The notes under the pieces were generated by a model. It did no database searches, was not told the DNA's origin, and saw nothing but the letters and a program-made list of their open reading frames with translations. Below, in pieces: positions 28,365-40,747 of a DNA stretch of 64,000 nucleotides. This DNA is from a candidate division FCPU426 bacterium (GTDB lineage: Bacteria > Oederibacteriota > Muellerivitia > Muellerivitales > Muellerivitaceae), in contig CAVTWJ010000012.1 of the NCBI GenBank assembly GCA_963738405.1, positions 64,001 to 128,000 on the forward strand, read 5' to 3'. Numbering within the stretch: the stretch's first letter is position 1; each line of letters opens with the position of its first letter. The translations under genes and the position numbers were made by a program.

Positions 28365-29162
28365 CTACCAACCCCCGCTGGAACCGCCGCCGCCCGACCC
28401 GCCCCCGCCAAAACCGCCGAATCCCCCGCCGCCGCTGCCAAAACCGCCGCCATAAAAGCCCCCACCGCCGTAAAAACCGCCGCCCACGAAGAATATCCTG
28501 GCCAGGATATAAACAAAGATCACGATGAGGACCAGGATCATTTTCCACAGGGGCCAATCCATACCCGTTTGTTCATCGGGAACCTGGTCCTGCGTAATCG
28601 ACCCGCTGAGGGTGACCCCCGCGTCCTGGGCAATGACCAGGGCGATGGCCGAAGCCCCGTTCATCAGGCCCTGCCCGTATTGCCCCTGTTTAAAGAGCGG
28701 TTCCATGTCTTGTCTTCGGATGGTTCCGGTCATCCCGTCGGTCAGGATGCCTTCCTCGCCGTAGCCCACCTCAATGCCATCCTTGCGGTCGTTGATGGCC
28801 ACCAACACCAAAACCCCGTCGTCTTTTTTCTTGTGGCCGATACCCCAGGCCTTGAAGAGCTCTTCCCTGGCCGTGTCGATGTCTTCACCGTTCAGGGAAG
28901 ACACCGTCACCAACGCCACTTGGGCGCCGGTTTTATCTTCTAATTCCGTTAATAGGGCCTCAATTTGCTGGGCTTGATCGGCGGGAACCACCTGGGCGAA
29001 ATCGTTGAGATGCCCTACGGGTGCGGGCCATTGGGTTGCCGCGAATAGGGGCATGGCAAGCCCAAGGAGGGCTAGTGAAAAGATGGTTTTTTTAAACACT
29101 GGGAGAAAATGGAAAATGGCGGGTTCGCCTTCAAGCGATTTGGGCCTACCGAGGCCTGACAT
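28365..29162 (-). CDS. TPM-domain (YgcG-like) membrane protein
   Basis: NDFA...WGIG....DDGVL...IEVGYG.EG; Gly-rich tail ending GGW; true start probably slightly downstream. Confidence 0.9.
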   Translation of the reverse strand: MSGLGRPKSLEGEPAIFHFLPVFKKTIFSLALLGLAMPLFAATQWPAPVGHLNDFAQVVPADQAQQIEALLTELEDKTGAQVALVTVSSLNGEDIDTAREELFKAWGIGHKKKDDGVLVLVAINDRKDGIEVGYGEEGILTDGMTGTIRRQDMEPLFKQGQYGQGLMNGASAIALVIAQDAGVTLSGSITQDQVPDEQTGMDWPLWKMILVLIVIFVYILARIFFVGGGFYGGGGFYGGGFGSGGGGFGGFGGGGSGGGGSSGGW

Positions 29163-29222
29163 ACCATACGACTTTAGGGGGTATTTTCAACCTGGAATAG
29201 AACCTTTCCAGGGATTTAATCT

Positions 29223-29675
29223 CTAATCGTCCGGGCTGTTCAAGCCGCGAAGCCATATCTCTTCCACGTACCGCATCGATCGAAAGAGTTGGTCCAAATC
29301 GGACGGCTTGATCACGTAATAGTTGGCCCTGGATTCATAGGCCTTTTTTACATCCGCTTCCAGCTTGGAATTGGTCAGGACCACAACCGGTATTTCGCAC
29401 AATTGGAGGTCGGATTTAATTTCATCCAACACTTCCAACCCGGATTTCTTCGGCATGTTTAAATCCAGCAGAATCAGGTCGGGCCGGTGGGCTTTATCAA
29501 ATTTGCCTTGGCGCTTCAGGTATTCCAAGGCCTCCTCCCCGTCTTTTACGCGCGAGATCACAATAGGCTTCTCGGAAACCTTAAAGGCCTCGGTAATGAG
29601 CGTAGCGTCCCCAAGATTGTCCTCCACGAGAAGGACATTGATGGTCGGGTGTAATTGATTGGCTAGCTTATCCAT
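29223..29675 (-). CDS. Single-domain response regulator (Rcp-like)
   Basis: LLVEDNLGD...PDLILLDLNMPKKSG. Confidence 0.9.
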   Translation of the reverse strand: MDKLANQLHPTINVLLVEDNLGDATLITEAFKVSEKPIVISRVKDGEEALEYLKRQGKFDKAHRPDLILLDLNMPKKSGLEVLDEIKSDLQLCEIPVVVLTNSKLEADVKKAYESRANYYVIKPSDLDQLFRSMRYVEEIWLRGLNSPDD

Positions 29676-30021
29676 GGTTCCTCCGAAAGGGTCAGTGGTC
29701 GTTAAAAGCTGTCGGTTCAGCGAAGGTCCGGCGGTCATGCCTGGCTTTCACGGGTGAATTAATGATGTATGGTTTCATTCAGCGCAAGCGCTTCAACGCC
29801 TGGAGTAGATCGCAAACTTCCCCTATTTTAAATTTTACCGCTCAAAAAAGCGGGATCGATGAATCTCCTTTAATGAAAATCGATTTTCTATCCGTCTCTA
29901 GGAAAAGGTTTTTCCTTTAAATGTTGGAAAAATATTTCTATCCGTGAACGACCGGATTAATTTAATCGAAATATGTTTTCCACCTTCCCGTTCCCTCAGC
30001 CGGTGAAGGACGGAGGTAAAA

Positions 30022-30489
30022 ATGACTAAGACCCAAAAACCCAAGTCCGAGAACCCCTTTAAAATCCTCATGGTCGAGGACAGCCAAGCCGACATTTTTC
30101 TCATGAAAGAATACCTAAAGGATTTCAACGTTCCCCTCCAAATTTGCGTGGCCCGGGACGGCGAGGAAGCTTTATCGGCCCTGCGGCAATCCTTGTGCTT
30201 TCCTTCCAAGCAAGATCCGGATTTCATTCTCCTGGATCTCAACCTTCCCAAGATGGATGGCCGCGAGGTACTGGCCCAAATCAAGGGCGACCCCGGCCTT
30301 AAACACATCCCCGTCCTGGTCCTGACCAGTTCCACGAACGAACAGGATAGGGCCATGGCTTTACAGAACCACGCCTCCAGCTACCTCCAAAAACCCCTGA
30401 GCCTTGACCTCTACCCCACCGTGGTGAAGAGCATCGAGGAATTCTGCCTTAAAAATATCCCCCCGCGCCTGCGCCCCTCCGAAGGCTGA
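30022..30489 (+). CDS. Single-domain response regulator (Rcp-like)
   Basis: PDFILLDLNLPKMDGREVL. Confidence 0.9.
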   Translation: MTKTQKPKSENPFKILMVEDSQADIFLMKEYLKDFNVPLQICVARDGEEALSALRQSLCFPSKQDPDFILLDLNLPKMDGREVLAQIKGDPGLKHIPVLVLTSSTNEQDRAMALQNHASSYLQKPLSLDLYPTVVKSIEEFCLKNIPPRLRPSEG

Positions 30490-30535
30490 TTCCCAACTCC
30501 TTTGGCGTTTCCCGCAAAGAAGGTCGACCCACCGC

Positions 30536-31891
30536 CTAGTTCGTCCTGGGTTTGCCTACCCTTTCCTTTTCAGCGGCCGCTTCCATTTGGGACCCTTTCC
30601 CGGCTTGTCCTGGAAAAGGAATGGTAAAGAAAAAGCAGGACCCTTTCCCCAATTCGGACTCGCACCAAATTTTTCCGCCGTGAAGTTCAACCGTCTTCAG
30701 GCAAACGGCCAGGCCCAATCCCGCCCCCGGATAATCCTCGCGGTTATTGAGCCTCTGAAAAAGCCGGAAAATTTGCTGGAAATAGCGCGGTTCAATGCCG
30801 ATGCCGTTGTCCTTGACCCAAAAGAGCCAATCCGTTTCCCGCTTTTCGGCCCCCACCTCTACCCGTGGCGTGTTTTTTTTGGAAAACTTGAGGGCGTTTC
30901 CGATCAGGTTTTGGAAAAGCTGGCCCAGCAAAAGCGGCTCGCCGTAAACTTCCGGAAGCCACAGGCATTCCACCTTGGCCCCGCTTTCGGTAATAGAAGC
31001 GTTCAATTGCTGGAGGACCTGGCCCACCAGTGCGGGGCAGTCGACCTCCTGGAACTTCTTCTCTTTCAAGGTTACCTGGGAATATTCCAACAGGCCGTTG
31101 ATGAGGCTTCGCATGTGAGCCGAGCTTTTCACCGCGAAATCGATGTATTGTTTGGAATCCGCGTCGAGGTTGCCGCGGTTGTGGTGTTCCAGCATTTGCA
31201 GGAAACTGGTCACCGTGCGCAGGGGTTCCTGGAGGTCGTGGGAGGAGGCGTAGACGAATTGCTCCAGTTCCGCGTTGGCCCGGGTCAGCTGGGCGCCCCG
31301 TTCCTCCAAAGCCGCCGTGCGGTCCTGGACCCGCGCTTCTAAGGTGGCGTTGAATCCCTTTAATTCCTCCTCCGACCGGCGCAGATCCTCCTCGGTCCGT
31401 TTGCGCATCTCATTTTCATTCTTCAGTCTTAGGTTGAGGATTTCGAGTTCATGGGACCTGCGGCTCAGTTCATCGTTGAGGCCGCGGATTTGGGCGTTTT
31501 TGCGGTACAGATCCACCAGGACCGACACCTTGGAGCGAAGCACCGAGGGAACGAAGGGCTTCACCAGGTAATCGATCGCTCCCACGGCGTAGCCTTGGAA
31601 CATCTCGGTTTCGGTTTTTCCCTCGGCCGTCAGGAAAATGATCGGGGTGTAGCGGGTGCGGTCCCGCTGGCGGATCAGGGCCGCGGTCTCAAAACCGTTC
31701 ATCCCCGGCATGAGCACGTCCAAAAGGATGACGGCAAAATCCTCTTGATTCAGATGCCGGAGGGCTTCCACCCCCGAGTGGACCTTGACGAGGTTCTGCC
31801 CCAGACCTTCCAAAACGGCTTCCAGGGCCAAAAGGTTTTTCGGCTCATCGTCCACCAACAGAATATTGGCCCGGCTTTCTTTATCTGCCAT
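30536..31891 (-). CDS. Receiver - coiled coil - histidine kinase (Cph1-type kinase core)
   Basis: N-terminal [13 protein letters not shown]-box; NLIGNALKF, DNGIG, GAGLGL. Confidence 0.9.
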   Translation of the reverse strand: MADKESRANILLVDDEPKNLLALEAVLEGLGQNLVKVHSGVEALRHLNQEDFAVILLDVLMPGMNGFETAALIRQRDRTRYTPIIFLTAEGKTETEMFQGYAVGAIDYLVKPFVPSVLRSKVSVLVDLYRKNAQIRGLNDELSRRSHELEILNLRLKNENEMRKRTEEDLRRSEEELKGFNATLEARVQDRTAALEERGAQLTRANAELEQFVYASSHDLQEPLRTVTSFLQMLEHHNRGNLDADSKQYIDFAVKSSAHMRSLINGLLEYSQVTLKEKKFQEVDCPALVGQVLQQLNASITESGAKVECLWLPEVYGEPLLLGQLFQNLIGNALKFSKKNTPRVEVGAEKRETDWLFWVKDNGIGIEPRYFQQIFRLFQRLNNREDYPGAGLGLAVCLKTVELHGGKIWCESELGKGSCFFFTIPFPGQAGKGSQMEAAAEKERVGKPRTN

Positions 31892-31912
31892 AAGAATCCG
31901 CTCCCCGGATTG

Positions 31913-34900
31913 TTAACGGCTCAGCCACATCCGCATCAAGGACAGGAGCTGTTCGGAGTCCACCGGTTTGGTGATGTAATCCGAAGCGCCCGACTCGATG
32001 CATTTTTCACGGTCGCCTTTCATCGCCTTGGCGGTCAGGGCCACGATGGGCAGGGATTTAAAGGCTTCTCTTTTGCGAATAGCCTGCATCGTGTCATAAC
32101 CGTCCATTTCGGGCATCATGATGTCCATCAACACAATATCCACGTCCGGGGTCTTATCCAAAACCTCGATGGCTTCTCGCCCGCTTTCGGCGGAGACCAC
32201 TTTCATTTCCTGGTGGTCCAAAAGACTGGTCATGGCGAAAATATTCCGGTAGTCGTCGTCCACCACCATCACCTTGCGGCCTTTCAAGGCGGTGTTGCTT
32301 TGGTGCAGCTGCTCGATTTCTCTGCGTTTGGCCTCCGGCAGCTTGGCGGTCGGCAGATGAAGGAAAAGAGCCGCCTCGTCCACCACGCGTTCGGCGGATT
32401 TGACTTCCTTGAGGACGCACACCTTCGCGGCGCGCCTCAAGAGGGCCTCCTCCTCTTTGGCCAATTCGCCGGTGATATGGACGATGGCCGGCAGGTTGGA
32501 AAAATCCGGATTTGAATGAATTTCTTTTAGCGTGCGGAATCCGTCCGGGTCCGGGAGTTCCAGAACCAGGCAATCCAATTTTCCCTTCTTCAACAGGGGT
32601 AGGGCTTCCTTCGAATCGGCGAGGAACCCCACCTTGACCTCCTCGGATTCCAGTGTTTCCTTGAGTTTGTTGCGCTTGGCCTTTTGGGCGCAGGCGATCA
32701 AAACCTGCCGGAGCCGGGGTTTCAGGTACCTTTCCATATCATCGAACGCCTTCTTGAGGCCCTCTTTGTTAACGGGTTTGGCGAGAAACCCGACCGCTCC
32801 TTGTTTTAAGCCGCGGGTCCAATCCTCATCCGCCGATATGATTTCCACGGGAATATGGCGCGCGCACAGGTCGTTTTTGAAACGGGATAAAATTTTCCAG
32901 CCGTCGATGTCCGGAAGCTGGATATCCAACGTTACCGCGCTGGGCCGAAACTCGTCCGCCAGGCGAAGCGCCGTGTCGCCCCGCAGGGCCACCAGGCTCT
33001 TGTAGCCGTTCTCGCGGGCCAGATCCACCAGGATGCGTGCGAAGTTCGCGTCGTTCTCCACAATCAATAGCACCCGGTCCCCGGGTTTGATGTTCTTGCG
33101 GTCGTCGGCCACCTTGCTGGCGGCGATGATGACCTCCTCGCTTTCCTTCTTGGAGGTTTCCCGGAAAGTTTTGGGCATCATGAGCGCCGCGTTGTCGGTG
33201 GGGCTGGGGATCAGGGCCGGTTTGACCTGGATGTAATTCTTGGGCATATAAAGAACAAAGGTGCTCCCGCTTCCAGGACGGCTCTTGGATAAGGTCAATT
33301 GCCCGCCGAGAAGCTTGGCCAGCTCGCGGCTGATCGACAGGCCCAATCCCGTTCCCCCGTATTTCCGGCTGGTGCCGCTTTCGGCTTGTTGGAACGCCTC
33401 GAAAATGATCTTTTGTTTGTCCTCGGGAATACCAATGCCCGTGTCGGTAACGGAAAAGGCCACCACCTCGTCCGTCTTGCTGAGGATGGGATGGTCCGCG
33501 CTCCAGCCGCTTTTGGCGGGGGAAATTTTGAGGAAAACCTGCCCCTTTTCCGTGAACTTGAAGGCGTTGGAAAGCAGGTTCCTCAAGACCTGTTCCAGGC
33601 GCTTGGAATCGGTATGGATCTCCTCGCCCAGTTTGGAATCGACCTCGACGTTGAAGCCCAAGTTTTTCCCCTCGGCCACGTGGCGGAACAACCGCTCCAT
33701 GTGCTCGCGCATTTCGCTGAAGGGCACATTGTCCACATCCAGAGTCATGGTGCCCGATTCCACCTTGGCCAGGTCGAGGATGTCGTTGATCAAGAGCAGA
33801 AGATCCCCGCCGGAGGCGTGGATAGTCCTCGCGTATTCCACTTGTTTGGGCGTGAGGCTCTTGGAATCCTCGGCCAGCTGCTGAGAGAGGATCAGCATGC
33901 TGTTCAAGGGAGTGCGCAGCTCGTGGGACATGTTGGAGAGGAATTCGGATTTGTACTTGGAGGTCAGGGCGAGCTGGTCGGCCTTTTCCTCCAATTCCTG
34001 GTTGGTTTTCTGCAATTCTTCCTGCTGGCTTTGCAGGTGTTTTAAAAGGGTTTCGGTGCGCAGGGTCGCCTCAAGGGTATTGATGACGATCCCGATGCTT
34101 TCCATCAATTGCTCCAGAAAGGCCAAATGGGTGGCGTTGAAGGTTTCGAAGGAAGCCAGTTCCAGCACGCCCTTGATTTGACCCTCGAAGAGGACCGGAA
34201 GGACGACGATGTTGAGCGGGGAAGCCTCGCCCACCGCCGAGCCGATGCGGATGTAGTTCCCCGGCACCTTGTTCAGGAGGAGGCGTGATTTTTCCTGGGC
34301 GCATTCCCCTACCAGGCCTTCCCCGAGCGCGAATTCCTTGGGATGGTCCGGCTGGGACCGATAGGCGAACCCCGAAAGGAGTTTGAGGCGGGTTTCACCC
34401 GGTTCCTTGGAATCGGCGATATAAAAGGCGCTGTGTTGGGCCGAGACGACGTGGTTGAGCTCCGACAAAATCGCCTTGGCCACCGTCGTCAGTTCCCTTT
34501 GGCCCTGAAGCATGCGGGTAAACCGGGCTAGGTTGGTCTTGAGCCAGTCCTGCTCGGCGTTCTTTTGGGTCGTGCCGCGCAGGTTGGCGATCATCTGGTT
34601 GATGGTGTCCTTCAAGGTTTCCACTTCCCCGCTGGCGTCCACCCGGATGGAACGGGTGAGGTCCCCCTTGGTCACGGCGGTGGCCACCTCGGCGATGGCG
34701 CGCACCTGGGTGGTTAAATTGGCGGCCAGCTGATTGACGTTGTCGGTCAAGTCTTTCCAGGTTCCCGCGGCGCCCGGCACATTGGCCTGGCCTCCCAGCC
34801 GCCCTTCCACCCCGACTTCCCGGGCCACGCTGGTTACCTGGGCCGCGAAGGTGGCCAGGGTATCGATCATGCTGTTGATGGTATCGGCCAAAGTGGCGAT

Positions 34901-37900
34901 TTCGCCTTTGGCGACGACGGTGAGTTTTTGTTTCAATTCGCCCCGGGCGACCGAACTGACGACCTTGGCGATATTGCGCACCTGGTCCGTCAGGTTGGCC
35001 GCCATCAAGTTGACGTTGTCGGTCAAGTCTTTCCAAACCCCCGAGACGCCCTTGACTTGGGCCTGGCCGCCGAGCTTTCCTTCCGTGCCCACTTCGCGCG
35101 CCACGCGGGTAACTTCCCCGCCGAAGGCGTTCAACTGGTCCACCATGGTGTTGATGGTGTCTTTTAGCTCCAGGATCTCGCCCTTGACGTCCACCGTGAT
35201 TTTCTTCGATAGGTCGCCCTTCGCCACCGCGGTGGTGACATCGGCGATGTTACGCACCTGGCCGGTGAGGTTGCTGGCCATCAAGTTGACGTTTTCCGTC
35301 AGTTCCTTCCAGGTACCGCCCACGCCGTGGACATAGGCCTGGCCGCCCAGTTTTCCTTCCGTACCCACCTCGCGCGCCACGCGGGTGACTTCGGAGGCGA
35401 AGGACCGAAGCTGGTCCACCATGGTGTTGATGGTTTCCTTGAGCCTGAGAATTTCACCCCGCACGTCGACGGTGATTTTTTTCGACAAGTCGCCGTTGGC
35501 GACCGCGGTGGTGACATCCGCGATATTGCGCACCTGGTCGGTCAGGTTGCTGGCCATGGAATTGACGTTGTCGGTCAAGGCCTTCCAAGTACCGGCCGCG
35601 CCGGGCACATGGGCCTGGCCTCCCAGTTTGCCGTCCGTACCCACTTCACGAGCCACGCGGGTGACTTCGGAAGCGAAGGAGCTTAATTGGTCCACCATGG
35701 TGTTGATGGTTTCTTTGAGTTGAAGAATTTCACCCCTCACATCGGCGGTGATTTTTTTGGATAGGTCGCCGTTGGCCACCGCGATGGTGACTTCCGCGAT
35801 ATTACGCACCTGGCCGGTCAAATTACTGGCCATCAAATTGACGTTTTCCGTCAGGTCTTTCCAGGTTCCCGCGACGCCCGGCACCTGGGCCTGGCCGCCC
35901 AGTTTCCCTTCCGTACCCACTTCGCGCGCCACGCGGGTGACTTCCCCCGCGAAGGCGTTGAGCTGGTCCACCATGGTGTTGATGGTGTTTTTCAACTCGA
36001 GGATTTCACCCTTCACATCGACCGTGATTTTTTTAGAGAGGTCGCCGCTGGCCACGGCCGTAGTGACATCCGCGATATTGCGCACCTGGTCGGTCAGGTT
36101 GCTGGCCATGGAATTGACGTTGTCGGTCAAGGCCTTCCAGGTACCGGCAGCGCCGGGCACATGGGCCTGGCCGCCTAATTTTCCATCGGTTCCTACTTCA
36201 CGAGCCACGCGGGTGACTTCGGAAGCGAAGGAGCTTAATTGGTCCACCATGGTGTTGATGGTTTCTTTGAGTTGGAGGATTTCACCGCGCACGTCGGCCG
36301 TGATTTTCTTGGATAGGTCACCGTTGGCCACCGCGATGGTGACTTCCGCGATATTACGCACCTGGCCTGTCAAGTTGCTGGCCATCAAGTTGACGTTTTC
36401 AGTTAAATCTTTCCAGGTTCCGGCCACTCCCGGCACCTGGGCCTGGCCGCCCAAATTACCTTCCGTACCCACTTCGCGCGCCACGCGGGTGACTTCCCCC
36501 GCGAAGGCGTTGAGCTGATCCACCATGATATTAATGGTGTTTTTCAAGGCCAAGATTTCGCCCTTCACGTCGACCGTGATTTTTTTCGAGAGGTCGCCGT
36601 TGGCCACCGCGATGGTGACTTCCGCGATGTTACGAACCTGGCCAGTGAGGTTGCTGGCCATGAGATTGACGTTGTCGGTCAAGTCTTTCCAGGTTCCAGC
36701 CACCCCGGGCACGAGGGCCTGGCCGCCCAGTTTTCCTTCAGTACCTACCTCGCGTGCCACGCGGGTGACTTCGGAGGCGAAGGATCTGAGCTGATCCACC
36801 ATGGTGTTGATGGTTTCTTTAAGTTGAAGGATTTCACCGCGCACATCGGCGGTAATTTTCTTAGACAGGTCGCCGTTGGCCACCGCGATGGTGACTTCCG
36901 CGATGTTACGAACCTGGCCGGTCAAATTACTGGCCATCAAATTGACGTTTTCCGTCAGGTCTTTCCAGGTTCCCGCGACGCCCGGCACCTGGGCCTGGCC
37001 TCCCAATTTCCCTTCCGTACCCACCTCGCGCGCCACGCGGGTGACTTCGGAGGCGAAGGACCTGAGCTGATCCACCATGGTGTTGATGGTTTCTTTGAGT
37101 TGGAGGATTTCACCGCGCACGTCGGCGGTGATTTTTTTCGACAAGTCCCCGCTGGCCACCGCGATGGTGACTTCCGCGATATTACGCACTTGGCCGGTCA
37201 GGTTGCTTGCCATGGAATTCACGTTATCCGTCAAGTCTTTCCAGGTTCCGGCGACTCCCGGCACGATGGCCTGGCCGCCCAATTTTCCTTCCGTACCCAC
37301 TTCGCGCGCCACGCGGGTAACTTCTGAGGCGAAGGACCTGAGCTGGTCCACCATGGTGTTGATGGTTTCTTTGAGTTGGAGGATTTCACCGCGCACATCG
37401 GCGGTGATTTTTTTCGAAAGGTCGCCGCTGGCCACCGCGATGGTGACTTCCGCGATGTTACGCACCTGTCCGGTGAGGTTGCTGGCCATGAGGTTGACGT
37501 TGTCGGTCAAGTCTTTCCAGGTGCCAGCAACTCCCGGCACAATCGCCTGGCCGCCCAAGTTTCCTTCGGTACCCACTTCGCGCGCCACCCGGGTGACTTC
37601 GGATGCGAAGGACCTGAGCTGGTCCACCATGGTGTTAATGATTTTCGCGGTCTTGAGAAATTCGCCCTCGAGGGGCCGACCGCTCACTTCCAGCTCCGCC
37701 GCCTGGGAAAGATCTCCCTTGGCGACGGCGCCGATCACGCGGGACATTTCGCTTGTGGGGCGAACCAGTTCGTCGATGAGGGTATTCACCGATTCGATCA
37801 TCCGAAGCCAGGAACCGCCAAACTCGCCGGGCAGGGCCCGCTGGTTGATCTTCCCCTCTTTTGCGACCGCTTGGCGAAGGCGTTCCAATTCCCCCGCCAT

Positions 37901-38086
37901 GCGCTCGTTCATTTCCACCACATTGTTGAAAGTGTCGGCGATCTTCCCGGCGGTTCCGGTCCATTCAATCGGGAGGCGGACGGAAAAATCCCCCCGCTTC
38001 AAGGCCATCATGGTTTTTAATATTTGGTTCGCGTCGAGGGAATCGGGTTCAAAGGTTTGGTGTTCAGGGTGGAGTTGCGTCGCCAT
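31913..38086 (-). CDS. Poly-HAMP - GAF - hybrid histidine kinase with three receivers
   Basis: Eleven near-identical 92-aa HAMP repeats plus a divergent one; [18 protein letters not shown] x3 (middle one degenerate). Confidence 0.95.
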   Translation of the reverse strand: MATQLHPEHQTFEPDSLDANQILKTMMALKRGDFSVRLPIEWTGTAGKIADTFNNVVEMNERMAGELERLRQAVAKEGKINQRALPGEFGGSWLRMIESVNTLIDELVRPTSEMSRVIGAVAKGDLSQAAELEVSGRPLEGEFLKTAKIINTMVDQLRSFASEVTRVAREVGTEGNLGGQAIVPGVAGTWKDLTDNVNLMASNLTGQVRNIAEVTIAVASGDLSKKITADVRGEILQLKETINTMVDQLRSFASEVTRVAREVGTEGKLGGQAIVPGVAGTWKDLTDNVNSMASNLTGQVRNIAEVTIAVASGDLSKKITADVRGEILQLKETINTMVDQLRSFASEVTRVAREVGTEGKLGGQAQVPGVAGTWKDLTENVNLMASNLTGQVRNIAEVTIAVANGDLSKKITADVRGEILQLKETINTMVDQLRSFASEVTRVAREVGTEGKLGGQALVPGVAGTWKDLTDNVNLMASNLTGQVRNIAEVTIAVANGDLSKKITVDVKGEILALKNTINIMVDQLNAFAGEVTRVAREVGTEGNLGGQAQVPGVAGTWKDLTENVNLMASNLTGQVRNIAEVTIAVANGDLSKKITADVRGEILQLKETINTMVDQLSSFASEVTRVAREVGTDGKLGGQAHVPGAAGTWKALTDNVNSMASNLTDQVRNIADVTTAVASGDLSKKITVDVKGEILELKNTINTMVDQLNAFAGEVTRVAREVGTEGKLGGQAQVPGVAGTWKDLTENVNLMASNLTGQVRNIAEVTIAVANGDLSKKITADVRGEILQLKETINTMVDQLSSFASEVTRVAREVGTDGKLGGQAHVPGAAGTWKALTDNVNSMASNLTDQVRNIADVTTAVANGDLSKKITVDVRGEILRLKETINTMVDQLRSFASEVTRVAREVGTEGKLGGQAYVHGVGGTWKELTENVNLMASNLTGQVRNIADVTTAVAKGDLSKKITVDVKGEILELKDTINTMVDQLNAFGGEVTRVAREVGTEGKLGGQAQVKGVSGVWKDLTDNVNLMAANLTDQVRNIAKVVSSVARGELKQKLTVVAKGEIATLADTINSMIDTLATFAAQVTSVAREVGVEGRLGGQANVPGAAGTWKDLTDNVNQLAANLTTQVRAIAEVATAVTKGDLTRSIRVDASGEVETLKDTINQMIANLRGTTQKNAEQDWLKTNLARFTRMLQGQRELTTVAKAILSELNHVVSAQHSAFYIADSKEPGETRLKLLSGFAYRSQPDHPKEFALGEGLVGECAQEKSRLLLNKVPGNYIRIGSAVGEASPLNIVVLPVLFEGQIKGVLELASFETFNATHLAFLEQLMESIGIVINTLEATLRTETLLKHLQSQQEELQKTNQELEEKADQLALTSKYKSEFLSNMSHELRTPLNSMLILSQQLAEDSKSLTPKQVEYARTIHASGGDLLLLINDILDLAKVESGTMTLDVDNVPFSEMREHMERLFRHVAEGKNLGFNVEVDSKLGEEIHTDSKRLEQVLRNLLSNAFKFTEKGQVFLKISPAKSGWSADHPILSKTDEVVAFSVTDTGIGIPEDKQKIIFEAFQQAESGTSRKYGGTGLGLSISRELAKLLGGQLTLSKSRPGSGSTFVLYMPKNYIQVKPALIPSPTDNAALMMPKTFRETSKKESEEVIIAASKVADDRKNIKPGDRVLLIVENDANFARILVDLARENGYKSLVALRGDTALRLADEFRPSAVTLDIQLPDIDGWKILSRFKNDLCARHIPVEIISADEDWTRGLKQGAVGFLAKPVNKEGLKKAFDDMERYLKPRLRQVLIACAQKAKRNKLKETLESEEVKVGFLADSKEALPLLKKGKLDCLVLELPDPDGFRTLKEIHSNPDFSNLPAIVHITGELAKEEEALLRRAAKVCVLKEVKSAERVVDEAALFLHLPTAKLPEAKRREIEQLHQSNTALKGRKVMVVDDDYRNIFAMTSLLDHQEMKVVSAESGREAIEVLDKTPDVDIVLMDIMMPEMDGYDTMQAIRKREAFKSLPIVALTAKAMKGDREKCIESGASDYITKPVDSEQLLSLMRMWLSR

Positions 38087-38484
38087 AGTCCCTCCAGTAT
38101 TAAATCGTTAAAACGGCTAGGGTGCGTGAAATGCGGGCGGATGGGGAAACAAAGGAGATGATCCGCATACCCTAATGGGAACTGCCTTCAATTAAATTAT
38201 AGCGCCGAGCGTTTTTACAATTTCCCTGGGGGGCTTCGGTGGAGTGGTTCCCTAACACATAATCAGCTGAATCGATTTCACATATCCCAATAGGCACGGC
38301 TTCGTAAAAAAAATAAAAAAAATGAACCAAAATTTATTCCTCAAGGTTAACTGTTTTCCTCGTTTTCGGAATCTTTAACCAGTTGAGGTTGAAATTGAAT
38401 TTTGATCCTTCCCTTTCCGGCCTAAACTGCATCGGAGTGTTTTTTGCAAACCCAGTCACAAGAATATGAGAATCAGGAGAAGGC

Positions 38485-38937
38485 ATGATGACACCAACTC
38501 AAACTCTTTCCCGCCCGATTAACATCCTATTGGTTGAGGACAATCTCGGGGATGCCACCCTTACTTACGCGGCCATCAAAAAATTCAGAACCTCCATCGT
38601 CTTGACGAGAGTCCCGGACGGCGAAGAGGCGATTTCATTTTTAAAAAAGGAGGGCTGCTATTCCGGTGTCACTTCCCCCGATTTGATTCTTTTGGATTTG
38701 AACATGCCGAAAAAAACCGGTATGGAGGTGCTTCGCGAAATTAAAACCAATCCCGAATGGATGGATATTCCGGTATTGGTTCTGACCTGTTCCCAAGCCA
38801 ATAGCGATCTCCTCAAGGCCTACGATGCAAAAGCCAATTTGTACCTCGTGAAGCCGCCCGACCTTTCCGGACTTTACGAAACGATGAAATTCGTGGAGGA
38901 AGTTTGGTTTAAGGGAATCCAAACGACCCAAGCGTAA
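38485..38937 (+). CDS. Single-domain response regulator (Rcp-like)
   Basis: ILLVEDNLGD...PDLILLDLNMPKK. Confidence 0.9.
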   Translation: MMTPTQTLSRPINILLVEDNLGDATLTYAAIKKFRTSIVLTRVPDGEEAISFLKKEGCYSGVTSPDLILLDLNMPKKTGMEVLREIKTNPEWMDIPVLVLTCSQANSDLLKAYDAKANLYLVKPPDLSGLYETMKFVEEVWFKGIQTTQA

Positions 38938-39053
38938 GGTCGTCCCTAAGTCCCGCCTGTTTCTCACGCCTCCTTTTTGCGTGTTTTTCAGCCAAAAAGG
39001 CCAAAATCAAATTTCTTTTAACCCATTTCAAAATAAATTAAACTGACTTCAAT

Positions 39054-39479
39054 ATGATTCCAGATAAATTTAAAATCTTGATCGTGGAAGATAATCCCCC
39101 CGACGCCTTTTTGTTGGTGGAGGCTTTTCAGGCATTCGGTCAGGGGCAGTTTGAGCTGACCCATTCCACCGACCTTGAATTGGCCCTGAAGCGGATTCAC
39201 GCCGAGAAATTTGACGCCGTTCTTTTGGACCTTTCTCTTCCCATTTTTTTAGGGTTGGAACCCCTGGAGAGGGTTCACCGAACCCGTCCCAAACTTCCGG
39301 TCTTTGTCCTCTCCGGCTATAACGACCCCGAATTGGCTAAGGCCGCCAGGGAAAAAGGCGCCCAAGACTATATGGTCAAGGACCATTTGGACGGCCAAGT
39401 TTTAATTCAAAAGATCCGCGCGTCCATTGAAGCCTATCGAAAACTTTCCCCTCCCAAGAGCCAAGAAAAACCTTCTTAA
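39054..39479 (+). CDS. Single-domain response regulator
   Basis: ILIVEDN..DA...AVLLDLSLP...GAQDYMVK. Confidence 0.85.
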   Translation: MIPDKFKILIVEDNPPDAFLLVEAFQAFGQGQFELTHSTDLELALKRIHAEKFDAVLLDLSLPIFLGLEPLERVHRTRPKLPVFVLSGYNDPELAKAAREKGAQDYMVKDHLDGQVLIQKIRASIEAYRKLSPPKSQEKPS

Positions 39480-39551
39480 AATATTCAACGCAAGCTTTTC
39501 CCTGAGGGGAACCCATCGTGAGGATAAATCACGCGGGTTCCCTTTATTCTT

Positions 39552-40376
39552 TTATGGAAGTTTCGGAAGCGTCAGGTGGAGCACATTTCCAGGCAAGAAA
39601 GAACTAACACTTCCCAAGGCGGGGCCCAACTCGGCCGTCCCATTTAAGGACAATGCCGGATTCGCTGAAAACCCGTTACCGCGAAAAGATATGATTCCCA
39701 TGAACTGGGCATTCAAGTCTTCCAACCCCGGCGGCAGGGCCTCCGCCAGCCTTAAGTCCGGAGCCTCTTGTTTAATATCCTTGAGAGCGGATTTCGTGTC
39801 CTGACTGTGGAGGCTGTCCGGCTGGCCGTGATTGAATTCTATTTCATCCCCCCCGTTCAGGAAGTAGGTCTTATCTTGCGCCTTGGCATAAACAGTTCCT
39901 TCCATCACCTTTAAGTCGACCGTCTCCTGGTTGGGTTCATATTCCACTGAAAATTGGGTGCCTCGAACGCCGCAAACCACGCCCCCGGCCTCGATTTCAA
40001 ACAGCGACGAGGCGGTTTTCAGCTTTTCCACTTTTGCCAAGACCCAGCCCGCCATCAATCTCAAGCGGATTTCCTTTTGTTGATCGGTGGGATGGTTCAT
40101 GGAAGTGATCATCAATTGGGAATTGGGATTTATTTCCACGTTCGACCCGTCGAAAAACCTCAATGCGGCCAGGGAATCCTGATCCACCCTGACCGTTTCC
40201 CCCCAATAGACCTCCGAATCCTTTGCGCCCTTTCGGATCGATCCCTGAACGTTCTTCACGCTCACTTGGCCTGACACGGAAAGGAAAGCCGCGTTTTGTG
40301 TGTAAAGCCATTGCGCCGTCGATTCTTGGGGTAAGCAAACCCATAAGAAAACCAATGTCAGAAAGATGTGTTTCAT
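39552..40376 (-). CDS. Secreted FecR-domain protein
   Basis: L.F.DGS...I..NS.L; CGVRGTQFSV; V.EG.V. Confidence 0.85.
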   Translation of the reverse strand: MKHIFLTLVFLWVCLPQESTAQWLYTQNAAFLSVSGQVSVKNVQGSIRKGAKDSEVYWGETVRVDQDSLAALRFFDGSNVEINPNSQLMITSMNHPTDQQKEIRLRLMAGWVLAKVEKLKTASSLFEIEAGGVVCGVRGTQFSVEYEPNQETVDLKVMEGTVYAKAQDKTYFLNGGDEIEFNHGQPDSLHSQDTKSALKDIKQEAPDLRLAEALPPGLEDLNAQFMGIISFRGNGFSANPALSLNGTAELGPALGSVSSFLPGNVLHLTLPKLP

Positions 40377-40747
40377 GGCGGCCTCCCGGTCTAAAGAAGG
40401 TTGAGGAAACGAAACAGCTAAAAACCATCCCTAACTATGGATTATCACCCTTGTGGATGGATTTCCACTTGAACGCCCCCGTCGCTTAAAGTTTTACCGG
40501 AAAAACTTGCGGATCGTTTTCCTCGTTTTCTTCCCACCCCTTCGTATTCGCGTCATTCAACACAAAAACCCTTCGCATAAATTGGGCCAATCCGGAAAAG
40601 TTAAACGAGGAGAAAGGGTTTATTATTTGATGCTTTAATTTTAAATTCATCGGACCAATGATAGGACCAGGGGGAAAAGTAATTACTTCAAGCCGAATTT
40701 AAACAGGATCGACTTTGGGCTTGCCCCTTTCAATCGAGGAGGATGTC

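Noticed and set aside
31451..38111. Long plus-strand ORFs over the kinase genes
   Set aside because: Antisense shadows of GC-rich, repetitive coding sequence
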